Assembly: GCA_001949185.1 (NCBI GenBank)
Contig: BDGG01000006.1
Span: 354,827 to 418,826 of the forward strand
Direction of reading: 5' to 3'
Source: Ramazzottius varieornatus
Taxonomy: Eukaryota > Animalia > Tardigrada
Length of the DNA: 64,000 nucleotides
Below are positions 12,090-25,717 of this stretch, in pieces. The notes below the pieces were generated by a model that saw only the letters and a program-made list of their open reading frames with translations, did no database searches and was not told where the DNA came from. A program made the translations under genes and the position numbers. Within the stretch, counting starts at the first letter, position 1, and each line of letters starts with the position of its first letter.

Positions 12090-15000
12090 CTAGCGACATC
12101 TGAAGGTCTCTTCCGTTTTGGTGCAGTTGTTGCAGCGGACTTCGCAGCACCAGACAAACTTGCATTGGCACTGCAGTACTTTTGTGGTGCTGACCACGTC
12201 ATATCCCCTTCCACAGCACATAATGTCACAGCCATCTGGACCGGGCGAGGTGACGTTGCACCTTCTTCCGGTCGTGCCCAGGGAGCCTGTCAGGCGGTTG
12301 TGGTGGCAAAAGTCGGGGGAACGGCTGATGTAGACCAGGTCAGTGTCGGCGCGGAACTTGTAGTGGGCGTTGACGGGCTCCAGTCGACGACGGGTGGAGG
12401 CCTTGCGGACCATCACCTCCGTGGCCCCATCATACTTTTCCTTCAGGATATCCCCCACACGACGGAAGCTGGGCATGGCGCGCCAACAGGTCCGCACTTC
12501 ACACGAGCCTGACACTCCGTGACATTTGCATTCAACCTTCATGTTCAACTCAATCGCCTGCAACATACAAGGGATTCACTTTTAGTCACGATCGATCCAA
12601 TTGACTGTGTGACAGGTGCCGTGGAAAAATAAAAAATACCCTGCACTGTGCACTCTACGGTGTCGGACAAATCAGATCCATGGTCCGACAGTATAAAAAA
12701 CTTGCCCGGTGGATTTCTTATTGCCACCAGTACTTTCGCAACATCAGATATTGGACAAGAGTCTCCGAAGATTAAATTACTACGTAAGAGACTTTCCAGT
12801 CAGCGTCTGAAAAGCTATGCGGGTCCTCATATACATTTGCTTCTTTTATCCCTGATAGGAAGAACGTTGAGTGCACTTGGTGGTGGTCGTATGGTCGTGT
12901 TTTGGACTTGTGTGGGGAATGATGAGACAGTATCTGTTTAATGACTTTGGCCATCAGTGAAGGGAGTTAATGAGCGCAGTCTGTCTTTTTGATTCACACC
13001 ATTTACTGGGGAATGAGCGGCCATTTTGCGAGATGGCTGGCCACTTACAGCCTCATTCAGCCATCGGCCTGACATTTTCGGCTGAGATACTCCAAATGCA
13101 GAAGGTGATCAACTGTCACAAACATGTCTAACACATTCTTCCTCCTTTCTTCAGATATTTTATCCTGTCTCGTCAATCACGATATGGGAGGCAGCTTCCG
13201 AAACAATTCGACACTTTATCTCTCTGGCCCACTTTACCAAACTCTGCTGTAAAACCCAGCCAAATCCCTGACTTCCATCCGAACTTGCAGAATCACTAAA
13301 GAACTTTCGTAGAAAATTGACGAAACTCGGCAAACCAAGATGCACAGAAAACCGCCAATATTAAACAAGAATATTCACGAGATTTGCCCCTGGCCTTGTT
13401 GATATAAGTAAGGTCGTTGCATTCGTTCTATTGTTTTGTCCGGAAACGATGGACAAGATGGTCATCCAGCTATCACTGCCAGTCTCCCAAACATCGCTAC
13501 TTGGTACACAATGCAAATTGGCAGCGTGTTTGCAGATGATTGATGAAGTCTTAATGAGCTTCCCTGCATTCGTTCAAACTGCGGGTGCGAAATGACCACT
13601 GGTCATTGCTGCGTAAACTACCCTAAATCAACACAAGATCATTTTTTGTCTAGCTAATTATAACATCCGTCATTAAGTACCCAGCTAAGCTAATTGGGAC
13701 ATGGTTCATTACAGCAACCCACCTTGCGCCCTGCGCGATTGTTGTGGATATTCAGCAGGGCTGCAGTGGACTTGATGCTGCGCTTCCTGCTCCGCTCGCG
13801 AGCATCGACAAAGTTCTTGGAGAAGGCTGAACCGAAGGCGATGTTGTCGGAACAGCCGGACCACTGGTACCCTTCGGGACTGCGCCCTTTCACGTTGACG
13901 TCACAGCCACACTTGTCCAGTTCGCCCAAGCTGCAAGACCTGGTGACGGCGTAGGCCACTCCGGCAGCGGAAATACCATGAACGAAAGCTGATTCCCTTG
14001 TTCCTGTAATACACACAAAAGATAAGATAATTTGACTCGGTGGTTGTTGCCTCGTAAACCACATAACAAACCCACTGCTGAAAACACAACATGTAAAGAA
14101 TTCGTAGGAAAATGTCGAATGCGCAACCATCGGTTACGTCAACAGTCACAAAATTCCGAGCTGGTAAACCGATTACTTGATAATGGGTTCTTCGGAACAA
14201 GAGTAATTGTTTCGAACTTTCGGTCTGCTTACCGCTAAGTCGGACGGCATCCAAGGACATACAGTTCCATAAGCTATTTCTGAACTGATATCGGCATTCC
14301 TCGATGGCCATCCTCGCGCCGCGCCTGACGCCGTCCATCACGTCCAGATTCTTCTTGCACAGGCGCACCTGTTTGTGCACCAGTCCCGTCGCATTCTCGC
14401 ACAATGCTTCCGGCAGAATATTGTTCTGGTGGGATGTGGTTGCGATGCTGCTGATCCTCGCTAGCGATCTAGGGAAAGGCCGACAGAAAATTGATCAAGC
14501 AGAAGCTCATCAATAACATCGCCCATTGTCCGTCACTCAATCGACGTCAAGTGAGTGTCAGCCATTGTTTCATTGATATTAAATACCTGCCTTGGACGAT
14601 TGCGTGATGGCTACGGATTACCCTTCCGAAAACAGCATCATTAACACCTGATTAGGAGCTTTACCAGTATGAAAAGCTGACCGCTGACACCCCACATTCC
14701 GCTGCTCATACACAATCCACTTTATGGTCTTGTTTTGCTCACTGCCATACCCGTCGATTACTGCCCCCGAAAGAACATTACGCATTCAGTTGCCTAATGT
14801 ACCTCGGCCTCGTTACGGACTGACAAACAAGCATCCCAAAAAAGCGTGTACCGAATCAGCTAGACAGACGGGAAAAATAAACTCAAGAGGTTGGAAACTT
14901 CATTTCCCTACAGACCACGATAGACAGTTCGAACAGCCAGCAGCTCACGTTCAGGTTTGCCGGTAGGAGCAATTCGCTGAACTGGCTAGGCTAGCTGTTC

Positions 15001-15257
15001 AGCCCAGAACCCACCGCAACCTGAAGGCTCCTTATTATTGATAACAGCAGTGCCTTCGTTTGTCGTAACGTTAACTGTGGCTGCCTCGCTAGCGCCAGCT
15101 ACTCTGTACTCATGTCAGGGAAGGAGCCGTTGGTTGTTGATAAGTAAAAAAGAGGGACTTACAGCCATTTAAGGGAATCAGAGCCAGGTAGTAGGATTAT
15201 GATCAAGGTGCTAAATATACAGTAAAAGTCGATAAGATGCATTGGCGAACAGTGCAT
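12090..15257 (-). CDS. Wnt4: Wnt4 ligand (4 coding exons: about 15257-15163, 14468-14203, 14003-13723, 12557-12090)
   Basis: Signal-peptide exon ending 'KWL'. Then '[35 protein letters not shown]', '[35 protein letters not shown]', '[16 protein letters not shown]', 'HNNRAGRK' and '[21 protein letters not shown]'. These are Wnt4-type residues. Confidence 0.93.
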
Positions 15258-17279
15258 GGTAGTCGGTGAAACCAGTCCCAGAGCTTTGTCAGATCAAAGC
15301 AACAATTTGATAAATGCCCCGCACGGATACCAAAGGAGATTAGTTTTCATTTCCTGCGTTGGAAATCGAACAGTAGTTTAACAGCAGAAATGTGTAAGAA
15401 CTAAACTGCACGCCAATTAATTCGGTCTTCGGCAAATTCGGAGATGGTGCATGGGAAACTTTGAAACGAAGATGGGATATTAATTAACGGCTTGGAAATA
15501 TCGATACATGTACCGATGAGATATGGCAGAAGATAGAAGAACTGGATGACAAGACATCAAAGTGAAGGGACGAAGGAGGTGGAGCGTGGAGGGGAACTTG
15601 GTAGTAGACGATGTCTGCAAGACGGACGTGTGTGTACTGCCTGCTGGGACTGGTCACTCATTTCCTTGTTCGCCTCACATTTCTCCAACTGGACAAGCTG
15701 TCGAGTGACGTACGGCTGACACTTGTTCTTTCTACTCAACCTCCTCCCACGGATCCGACAAGAACGACTACAGCGCCATCTTTTTTCTTCAAGACGACAA
15801 AGGGTTTACACATCACAAATGGGTTTGTTCTGTGGTATCTTTTTCGATTTTGCCGACCTCTAAAAATTGCAAGAGCTTTCACTGCTAGCGCCATATCTGA
15901 AACCTTATCCAATTTTAAGAGACGTTATTGTATAGCGTACACGCCAAATCACCTCTATTTTGCCAACAAAAAGTGCCAAAAGTATTCTCTGATCATCTAA
16001 CAGTTGATGCCCAAACCGACCCGTCTGCCAGCGTTATTCGACAGGGATACACATAGAAAGCAGATTACTTCCTGCTCTAGTTATCTGTGCTTAGTTTCGG
16101 CATTGAACGAAGCTCGTAAATGTTTTGCTCGGACAATGGTTGGCGGTTGGGACAAGCGAACAGTTCCGCATAATAAATGCCGGCGGAAGAGTGATTTTAT
16201 GATCAGTAGTCGGCAATTTAGGCTGTAACCGCGTTAAATAGGCCGTCCACGTTCCGCTCTACGCTCGTTAATGACCAATATGCGCAGCCGGCCATTTCAA
16301 ACTGCTCGAACAATCTGGCCCGCCATTTCCAGCCTAAATCCAATTCAATAATCTAGAAACTGAAAATTCCACAAGACTGAGTTTAGATAAAAATTTAAAA
16401 TAAAAATAAAATGTGTCAAAATAAAAATAATATTATCTACTATTTTCTTGGAAAACTTTTTTATTGAGAGAAAAAATATGATGAAATCCATAATAACAGT
16501 GTCTTCTTCGAAGACCGGTCGTGGTTGCGCTGGTATGGCGAGATGAACTCGGTGAATTACGGACAAGATGAAATATTTTTGTAAGTGGTTGGAAGTGGGA
16601 TTATATGGGCAGTTTGTCATCAAGTCATTCTGTGTTGTCGTTCTTTGCTGAGCATGTCAACAAAGTAGCTGCGCGCGATGGATGGATGGCGGGATTGTTT
16701 GAAGGATCGAACCAACTAGCCGATATCCAAACAAAGCTGAGGCTATCACCGAGAGGGAAGGTCGCTAGCGTTAAACACTCGACGTGCAAACATTCATCGA
16801 TGACAGATTGTAAGACAGACAAATCAACATCCCGACTTAATCAGCTGCCACAGAAGACCACGTTTGAGAATGACCTGGCTATCAAAGTGCACTAGGCTAA
16901 ACGACAAAGTCACTATAAACACAGCCGAAAATTCAGCGCCTGCTGCTCTTTTTATCAATATATATTCAAAACACGGAGGTGGTTTATTATTCCGCTGATT
17001 TTTCAATCTGGTGCGCCTTCTGCTCTGATTTCTCGCGGCGCGCGCGATATTGCTCTTTATGCCTCGTTATGAGGAAAAGCATTATCGGCTTAGCTTATTA
17101 GCTATGCTCAACTGTTCACGCTAATCTTTCGATAGACTTTCGAAAAGTATGGCGGCAAAAGCTTTGTCGATATTCTTCTGATCAAGCTTGCCTTTTTCAT
17201 AGGCATTTTAGGTTCGTTATGGCTGTATAAACTCAGCCCAGTAAAACACCCAGTAAAAACTTGTGGGTCGACTATCACG

Positions 17280-20200
17280 ATGCCGTTGTCTGGTTGGATA
17301 TTTAGGTTGATTTCCCTTTTGTGTTTTGTGGATATCGTATTATGCCAGTCAGCTCCAAGTTTAAGGAACCCTGGTTCGATCTCGGCCAACGTAGTCCGCA
17401 CCGATGGAACGGAAAGCCGAGTCCACAATCCCTTCCTCGATTCGGCGGCGCACCTGAAGTACGACCAAGGTTTGTGGTTCCTATGCGGAGTCCATCGTTT
17501 TCTTTCAACAAATCGAGACGGCGGGGCCGGTTTTATGCTTGCGTGATGTAATTGATCATTTACCCATAGATTTGTCGGTGCAACTGGCCAACTCGCTGTC
17601 TTCTCAGCGCGAAGTCTTTGTGGTTCTGAAGGAAGTTCGCCCAAGCTCCAACACTCATTCCGCTCAAGCCTTATTGGCTTTGGATTCTCAGCTGTACGAC
17701 AAGACCCGCTCTTTCCATGTCCTGCTAGACCGTCGTCACAAAAAACGTAAGTAACCGGCACTTGCTCAGTACTGTGGCCTTCTGAACATGAAAATATCGT
17801 AGAAAAAAGACCAACTAGCTGTCTTTCATCGGCAAGCCGTCCACCGTGGTTCGACAAGAACATGATCCAGTTCGAATAAATGTTACTAAATTTGCAGTGA
17901 CGTTTCTTTTTCGTACAAAAGAAGTGCGCGGAAGCGGAATATCCGTCCCTATCCCTTCCCTGACAGAAACCTCCGAACTGCGGCACATCATCTTGCGCAT
18001 CAACCAAGCCGATCCACAGAAGAATCTGATCCAAGTCTTTGTTGATTGTCGACCACAAGGCACTGTGGCGGTACCGTATTCGTTCAGGGATTTTGGGCAA
18101 CTTGAAGCCACTGCGGTAAGGCCCAAGGCGCTTTACAACAAGGTAGAGACTTTGCTGTACGTCTTTTGCTACAGTCATGTCTTTTGTTTCACAGAGAAAG
18201 GATAGCCAGATGCCGGTATCAGTCCTCCAGAACACCAACGCCGAGCACGTTCTTCGCAGTGTTGGTTGTGTACCAATTGAACGTCCACCGGAAACCAGCC
18301 GGAGACCAGCCATTCGCGCAGCGCCACCTACGCGATCACCACCCAGTATTCCTCCCACGCCCATGTGGATGGCATGCTCCAACCGCAGTAAGCTCCATCT
18401 TATACTATTGTTCAATCCAGATACAAACTCGCCGAAATGTTATGTTTGCGACATTCGCAGATTCATCAGCATAAAAATATCTGAATACTTTTATCCATGG
18501 TAAAAAAGACTTTCGAAAAGTAGTGTACCAATTTATCGTTTGTCTACGATGTTCCGACATTGAAAAGCTCATCACGACAGATTCGGAGGAACACCGATTT
18601 GGGATGCCCCTTTCTACGTAAATGACTTGGTGTGAACAATTACCTTCCGATTTTCAACTTGTCGTCTGCCCACACAGGTGACGAGCCGGCCTTGGCCACG
18701 TCCATTTCGGAGGCCAAGAAGGGTATGCACTCGATGTTGAGGGATATGGATGATCTGCGCCGCGAGCTGAAACTGGTTCTTCACGAGATGCGCGATCTGC
18801 GGCGGATGATGGAGGACTGCGAACTGTGTCCACCGAGTAAGTGGCGACAAGCCTACGTTGATGTCTTGTCATTGTGTACAGTGTGTCATCTCATCAGTAC
18901 ACATAATCGAACTTGAATGAAAGATGCGCTCCTTGTGAGATAATCCATTCCATATCCTAACACAGAAGCCAAGCCTAATCCCTGCGACGCCCAACCCTGT
19001 TTCCCCGGTGTCCGCTGTGAGCCACTTGACGGCAGCTATCGTTGCGGACCTTGTCCGCCTGGCTACAAGGCTGACGGAAGGACATGTCAAAGGGACTACT
19101 GCGATCCCAATCCTTGCTATTCAGGTCAGATAACCGCCAAGCAATAAAAGATTCGCTAAGTTTTATCCCACCAGTGCAATAGTTTTCTGAAGCCGGAACC
19201 ATTGACACAGTAATGCTCAGTTACGCCAGGTCTCAAACATCAATGAGAATTTTTCTACGGTTATCCTAGTGTAGCAATGGGCTTGTATTTGTAAACTGAG
19301 TCCCATATTTATCTGTCCACCCCCATCTTCGTTTCAAAACTTTATAACATATTTCGCACTAACCCGATTTCGATAGTTTCAACGTCCTTATAGAGATCAG
19401 TATTTGATCTTTACGACCACGTGACTTCCGTATGAATCNNNNNNNNNNNNNNNNNNNNNNNNNNNNNNNNNNNNNNNNNNNNNNNNNNGGATGATACTGC
19501 CAGTTGATTTGCTGATTGATTCATACGGAAGTCACGTGGTCGTAAAGATCAAACACTGATCTCTATAAAGACGTTCAAACTATCAAAATCGGCCTAGTGA
19601 AAAATGGGTTATGAATTTTTGAACGAAAATGGGGGTGGACAGATGATTATGGGGCTCAGTGTATACAGAGTACGATCTTAGGTGTGCAATGTCAGTCAGG
19701 AGCTGACGGTCCACGCTGCGGACCTTGTCCATCTGGGATGTTGGGAGATGGTCGAGACTGTCGGCGAAACTTGTGCGAAGCCAACCCGTGCTACCCCGGT
19801 GTCCAGTGTCAGCAACATGGCGACGCCTACACCTGTGGCAGTTGTCCAGCCGGATACGCCGGAGATGGAAAGCGATGCAACAGGCTGACAACGTGTGCTG
19901 ACCGACCTTGCTTCGACGACGTTCCTTGCTATGACTCGCCCGACGGATATCGCTGTGGCTCGGTGAGTAAAACCAACAAGTTAAATGAAATTCTGACTGC
20001 TCAGGATTTCGATTATCGATTTGTGGTTTAGTGTCCGCGAGGATATACCGGAAATGGAACGCACTGCCGAGACGTGGACGAATGTCAGCAAGCACGGCCA
20101 TGCGATGCTCGGACCCAGTGTACCAACACTATCCCGGGATATCACTGCAGCCGATGTCCTACTGGCTTCATGGGTGATGAAGTGGACGGTGTCGATCTGG

Positions 20201-23132
20201 AGGACGCTCAACAGAATCCGCAGAAGTGTCGAGACATCGATGAGTGTCTGCGTGATAACGCTGGCTGTGTTCCCAACTCCAACTGTCTCAACACCGAGGT
20301 ACGGAACCACCTTACTGAAATACACATTATTCGAGTTTCATGAGTACCGGATGGATGATTGGAGAGGGTTTAGGGATCGTTTACCTGTGGACCCTGCGAG
20401 CGAGGATACACAGGTGATCAGTCAAGAGGCTGCCGGAAGCTGGATGGACTGTGTCCGGATGGCGTGACCGCGTGCGACAAGAACGCCATCTGTTTTCGAC
20501 GAAGAGGAACAACCGGCTATACCTGTCAGGTACATTCATTTTGCTTGTCCGATTAAATATTGGATTCCTATCAGTTTCCAGATTTGGAGACGGAAAAGTG
20601 AGGATAGTTGGGATTAATCTACCCCAGACGTTGATGCTTGACACACTTGTTAAATGTAGTGTAAAGTGGGCTACGCGGGAGATGGCAACAACTGTGGTCT
20701 CGATTCCGACCTGGACGGTTTCCCGGACGAAGAGCTACCTTGCGCCGAGCTTCATTGCAAGGCAGACAACTGCCCGAAAGTCCCCAACAGCGGTCAGGAA
20801 GACGCTGATCTGGACGGCATTGGTGACCAGTGCGATCCTGATGCCGACAACGATGGCATACTCAACGTTGACGCGGTATGTCCTTTCCAAGACTTTAATC
20901 TTCCAACGTTAGAAACTTTTGGTCGGCATAGTCTTGCACTGACAGTGTGGGTCTTGTAGCAAGACAACTGTCCTCTTAAAGCTAATCCGGCACAAGAGAA
21001 CTCCGAGGCGGAAGACAAGGACAGATATGGCGATGCTTGCGATAATTGCCCGTTTGTGGCGAATCCTACGCAGACGGATACCGATAGTGATGGTGATGGT
21101 ACGTAGCGTAAGCTTAGGAAAAGATCTCCATGAAAACGTCAAGGCGAAAAGAGACTACGGTTGCAGGGGATGAGTGCGATCCGGACGCGGACGGAGATGG
21201 TGTGCTGAACAAAGTGGACAACTGTCCGCTGGTGCCGAACAAAGACCAGCTGGACGCCGACAAAGATGGCGTCGGCGATCGCTGCGATAACTGTGCCACC
21301 AAGGCCAACCCGGACCAGAAGGACCAGGATAAGGACCTTGTCGGTGATGTCTGCGACACAAATGACGACAGAGGTCAGTACGATGAATCTTCATTACCAT
21401 CGACGCCAGTGAAAGTGGTACACGCGCCTGGCCTAAATGTGGAGATGGACAAAAATGTGGGGAACGAAGCGAATGCGGCTGTGCTCCGATTGATTCAATT
21501 GATTGGTTAACCTCAGCTGGGCCGCGCCGCTTTCGCTCCGTTCCCCACATTTTTGTCCATCCCCACATTTAAACCAGGCACGTGTACGAAGTATCGCAGT
21601 CAATCGGAACTCTTTGTTTCGCTCTCTCCTATGCGCTAACCATGTTACATGAAATCTCTTTAGAACCAATGTCGTGATAGGTAAACAGAGACATGTATGT
21701 TTTCCAGATCGAGACGGTGTTCAGGATAGCATCGACAACTGCCCAGATATCGCCAACAGCGACCAAATTGACAGCAACGACGACGGGAAGGGTAAGATTC
21801 TGACGTAGCCACGCCCTTGTCCGATATTGGATTCCTGGCTTTATACTGTATCAGTTTTACCGAGGGTGCGGTTGTTGCCGCTTGATTGTTGGACAATGTT
21901 TCTTTTTGTCATTCGCAGGAGATATTTGCGATGACGATAAAGACGGCGACACAGTCCTTGATGGGAAGGATAACTGCCCATTGGTGGCGAACCCTGGACA
22001 GAACGATTACGACGGTAGGCTGCTAGCACTTTTAACTGTGCAGTTCATAATACTACAGTATATTCAAATCGACAAAAAATATTCGATTTTCTTTTAAATC
22101 TGTTTCATTGAGGATGTTGTAGTGTTGTCACTCACTAATTGTTGGGTCTTTTACTCTTCCATGTGGCGACATTATCCTACGTTTTAGACGACGGTAAAGG
22201 TGATGCATGTGATGATGACTGGGACGGTGATGGCGTCCTCGACCGTTTCGACGTTTGCCCCGACAACAAGAAGATCTACAAGACCGACTTCCGCACCTAC
22301 CAAACCATCGCTCTCGACCCGGAAGGTGAATCGCAAATCGATCCTCTGTGGATAATCCTAAACGAAGGTGCGGAGATCTACCAGACACTCAACAGCGACC
22401 CGGGTCTAGCTGTCGGCTACGACGCCTTCACCGGCGTAGACTTTGGCGGGACCTTCTTCGTCAACACCAATATTGACGACGACTATGCCGGCTTTGTGTT
22501 TTCCTTCCAAGACAGCTCGCATTTCTATACCGTCATGTGGAAAAAGGCCGCCCAGAAGTACTGGTCAACCACGCCCTTTGAGGCCTCGGCGGAACCGGGA
22601 ATACAGCTGAAGCTCGTGGCTTCAAAGACTGGACCGGGAGAAGTAATGAGGAATGCGTTATGGCATACCGGAAACACGACGGATGAGGTGTACTTGTTGT
22701 GGAAAGATCCGCGGAATATTGGATGGAAGGACAAAACAGCGTACCGGTGGGAACTGGTGCATCGACCCCGACTTGGTCTTATCAGGTGAAGTAGTCGACC
22801 ATTTGAGAACACGCTTTCTGGTCCAGCTTTTATAGACTAGTGGTATTTTACAGGGTCCGTTTTTTCGAGGGAGTTGAAGTCGTGGCTGACTCCGGCAATA
22901 TTTTGGACTTGACCTTAATGGGAGGGCGACTGGGAGTTTTCTGCTTTTCTCAAGAGTCGGTCATTTGGTCAGATTTGGTCTACCGCTGCAATGGTAAGTG
23001 TACAATCAGATTTTTGTTCGGATTTACGGTGAAGTAAGGTATGTAATTTTGATTGTAGATGGCCAACCGACGTTTTTTGGACTTAAACTTCCAGCCGCAT
23101 CTAACAACACTGGCCCGAATATCCTGCTCTAG
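17280..23132 (+). CDS. Tsp: Thrombospondin (subgroup B/COMP-like, pentameric type), multi-exon
   Basis: Signal peptide, LamG-like N-terminal region, coiled coil ending in 'EDCELC', several EGF repeats (NPCYPGVQC..., DVDEC..., DIDEC...), Ca-binding type-3 repeats (DNCP..PN..Q.D.D.DG.GD.CD) and a C-terminal L-lectin domain 'NSDPGLAVG...DDDYAGFVF...[12 protein letters not shown]...YRCN'. Stop TAG at 23130-23132. Confidence 0.95.
19294..19661. mobile_element. Foldback MITE in a thrombospondin intron (arms about 145 bp, TA-flanked, N gap in the centre)
   Basis: 19294-19438 is the imperfect reverse complement of about 19519-19661. Both ends are flanked by TA. Confidence 0.8.
21421..21584. mobile_element. 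164-bp MITE in a thrombospondin intron, related to the pogo-like element at 47281
   Basis: TA|CACGCGCCTGGCCTAAATGTGG...CCACATTTAAACCAGGCACGTG|TA, with imperfect inverted arms of about 50-60 bp. Confidence 0.85.
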
Positions 23133-23439
23133 AGCTATGAACAGCATTTGTTCGATACTGAGCTCTAGCAATGTAAATTCTACCGGAATGTACTGCTAGC
23201 GTTACCATAGCTTCATCTCCAGTTTCCCATGGTCTGTTTTGATGCATACTAAGAAGCACTAGTACAAGAAATGCGTCATCGCAAATAATACTCTATCGTT
23301 CGAGTCCTTCACCGTGCAACTGTTTCGGATCAACGATTTGTTACAAGTTCCGGCTATCTCATACTGGGCGTTGGCGGGGGGAGGCGTGTATCGAATGAAC
23401 CAAGATTGTAAGATCTGTTCATGCGTTCGGCTGCGCGAC

Positions 23440-24282
23440 TCAAGGGGCGCAAGTAAATGGGCATACTAGAGGGGTGTTAGAGCCGGATGCCAGATATGCG
23501 CAGTTGGCACCTCCTCCACCAGGCGGTCCGTTAGTGCACAAACACTTGACGACACGCGATGAGCCAGTTGCGCTACAGCCGCCACTGAACGGAGGCGGGA
23601 TACAGTCCAGTCCACACGTAACCACCCCGTTTGCGTCCACCGTACCTGTCCCTGAATACTGACAGCCTGTCGGTGGAGGACCCTTTATGTTGATGCAAGC
23701 GGAAATGACTTGATCTGGAGTTGGAGGAGTCGGTGCTACGATTGGGGGAACGACGACCGGCCCCGGGCCAGGAGCAACTGTCGATGTCGTCGTGCTCGCT
23801 GTGATGGCGACAGCAGCACTCGCCGTGGGGGCTACTGGCACTATTGTGGTAGTTGTCGCAGGCGTAAACAAGAAAAAAGAATCACCGACGAATCTGTCGT
23901 TGATGGTGTTGTCGATGACGTTGAACTGGCCGTTTAGAAGGTAATCAGGCACTATGGAGTTGAGCTGGCCGACCGATTGCAGCGGGAAGGGAATGTCGAT
24001 GCTCGGGCACTGTAGCTGACAGTTCTGGGCCAAACCGTCAGTGTCGCGAACCAGAGGGACGTAAAAGCACCCGGCAGGGGCTGCCAGTCCTCTGGCTATA
24101 ACTTGGCATCGAGCTTGGTCGCTGGAGCTGGCGCTTACCAAAATCAGTCCGTTGGACTTGAAGAACTGTGGAGGGAATAGCTGGTTCTCGAGGACAGCCT
24201 GGCGCTTCCGTCGTGAAGTTAGGCTGATATCTCTGGCAAATACAACAGTGATTACGACGAACAGAAGCACTAATTGCTTCAT
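23440..24282 (-). CDS. Unrecognised secreted protein, copy 1 (signal peptide, RRKR furin site, Cys-motif repeats, Thr/Pro-rich linker), 280 aa, intronless
   Basis: Intact ORF. The paralog at 26926-27792 conserves the signal peptide, RRKR-QA and the cysteine pattern. Confidence 0.88.
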   Translation of the reverse strand: MKQLVLLFVVITVVFARDISLTSRRKRQAVLENQLFPPQFFKSNGLILVSASSSDQARCQVIARGLAAPAGCFYVPLVRDTDGLAQNCQLQCPSIDIPFPLQSVGQLNSIVPDYLLNGQFNVIDNTINDRFVGDSFFLFTPATTTTIVPVAPTASAAVAITASTTTSTVAPGPGPVVVPPIVAPTPPTPDQVISACINIKGPPPTGCQYSGTGTVDANGVVTCGLDCIPPPFSGGCSATGSSRVVKCLCTNGPPGGGGANCAYLASGSNTPLVCPFTCAP

Positions 24283-25039
24283 GACGCAAAGCCGGCTTTT
24301 ACTGGTATTGAACTACAAGAACAATATTCAAAGTCGTTTCACACAAAGACACGAAAATCTTGCATTATTTCTGTTTTTATAGTGCAGGTATAAGCGAAGT
24401 CTGTAAACTTTGACTCTGTTTTGAACTTTTAATACGAGCTCCATTCCTGCTGTTAATAGTCCATCTGCACAATAGTTCGAGCTGCGGTTTACGACATACC
24501 TCGATGCTTTATGGATGTGCTGGTCTGAATTAGAATATTGTTTACAATAGAATGACTAGAAATCGTTTGACGTGGCTCTGGCAAGGAATTGATCAAACGA
24601 ACGTTGTTTTGTTGTTTACGACACTCAGTGCGCGTCGACACATCCCTCGTAAACGATAATCAAAATGCTTTCGGCACTTTGAGGTCCATCATGCCGTTCT
24701 TGCACGTTTATGGGCGCCCCTAACGAACAAAATGAGGTTGGTAGCTTTCGTACCTGTTCAATGCCTACTTATTCCAGACTGGACGATTTCATTAATGTTA
24801 CATCGATAAAATTTGCCAGTCTGAAGACAAGCAGGTTCTAAACAGGGTCGCAGACAGGCTCCCATATGGAATTTCACTATTCCATGACCAGTAAAATACT
24901 CGAGTTCAAAAAAAAATACACGCTCTACTTTGGGCGGCCCCAAAGCTGGAATTAAAGTTGCCTGTTTATGACGCTTCCCACATCTTTTTTGACTGGTAAA
25001 TTTTATGGACGCTACATCTGTTTTAGTTTGAAGCTAATG

Positions 25040-25185
25040 GCTCCTCTTGACACCCACGCACACCGATGGGCTTATTTCACCATCGGATTTAACTGACAGA
25101 CCACCGATGGGCTCCTCCCACCACTTCTAACTAATTCTTCAACTAGATGAAATAGACCAGTAGTGAGACTAATCACGAAATTAGT
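25040..25185. mobile_element. Relic arm of the foldback family seen at 56197-56780
   Basis: 'caccgatgggcttatttcaccatcgg...accaccgatgggctcctcccaccacttc' resembles the reverse complement of about 56640-56760. Confidence 0.6.
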
Positions 25186-25717
25186 AGTTCGCCAACAGTC
25201 TACCACCACCGCGAAAGGGATTTTTTTCGAGCCTGGATACGAGGCTGTGATGGATACTGAGCGCCATCACACGCGAACGAACAACACCGGCTGTCCGGCC
25301 GAATGTACCTATCAGCAGAACAGGCTTATCATTCGTACCTTTATTGACACCCACAATCATGTATCGGGGCACCCGTAAAATCCGGGAGTCTGAAAAAAGC
25401 AGGAATGTAATTAGGCTCAACAAGCATTTCCGTATTTTTGAACCAATTGAGCGACTACATGTCGAACCTGTTCTTCAATCTTACAAGTAGGGGGCGTGCG
25501 GGTGCGCGTCGCAAGATGGTACGTATGTGCACGTCTCTCGTGCACTTGCCAAGTTTACATCGTGGGTGCGCAATTCAGCGACATGCATACACATACTACC
25601 TTGCGACGCGCACCTGCACGCGGCTTATCATAAGTTTGCCTGCCGAACTCCATTTACGTAGTTTTTATTCTAACTCATCTTTGTTTTTCCAGGGACACAA
25701 TTCCGTCTCCACAGTGA

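Noticed and set aside
17108-18415. 435-aa antisense ORF over the thrombospondin 5' region
   Set aside because: It has no recognisable domain and overlaps clear sense-strand exons. Most likely a shadow ORF, though its length across introns means stranded RNA-seq would be worth a check.
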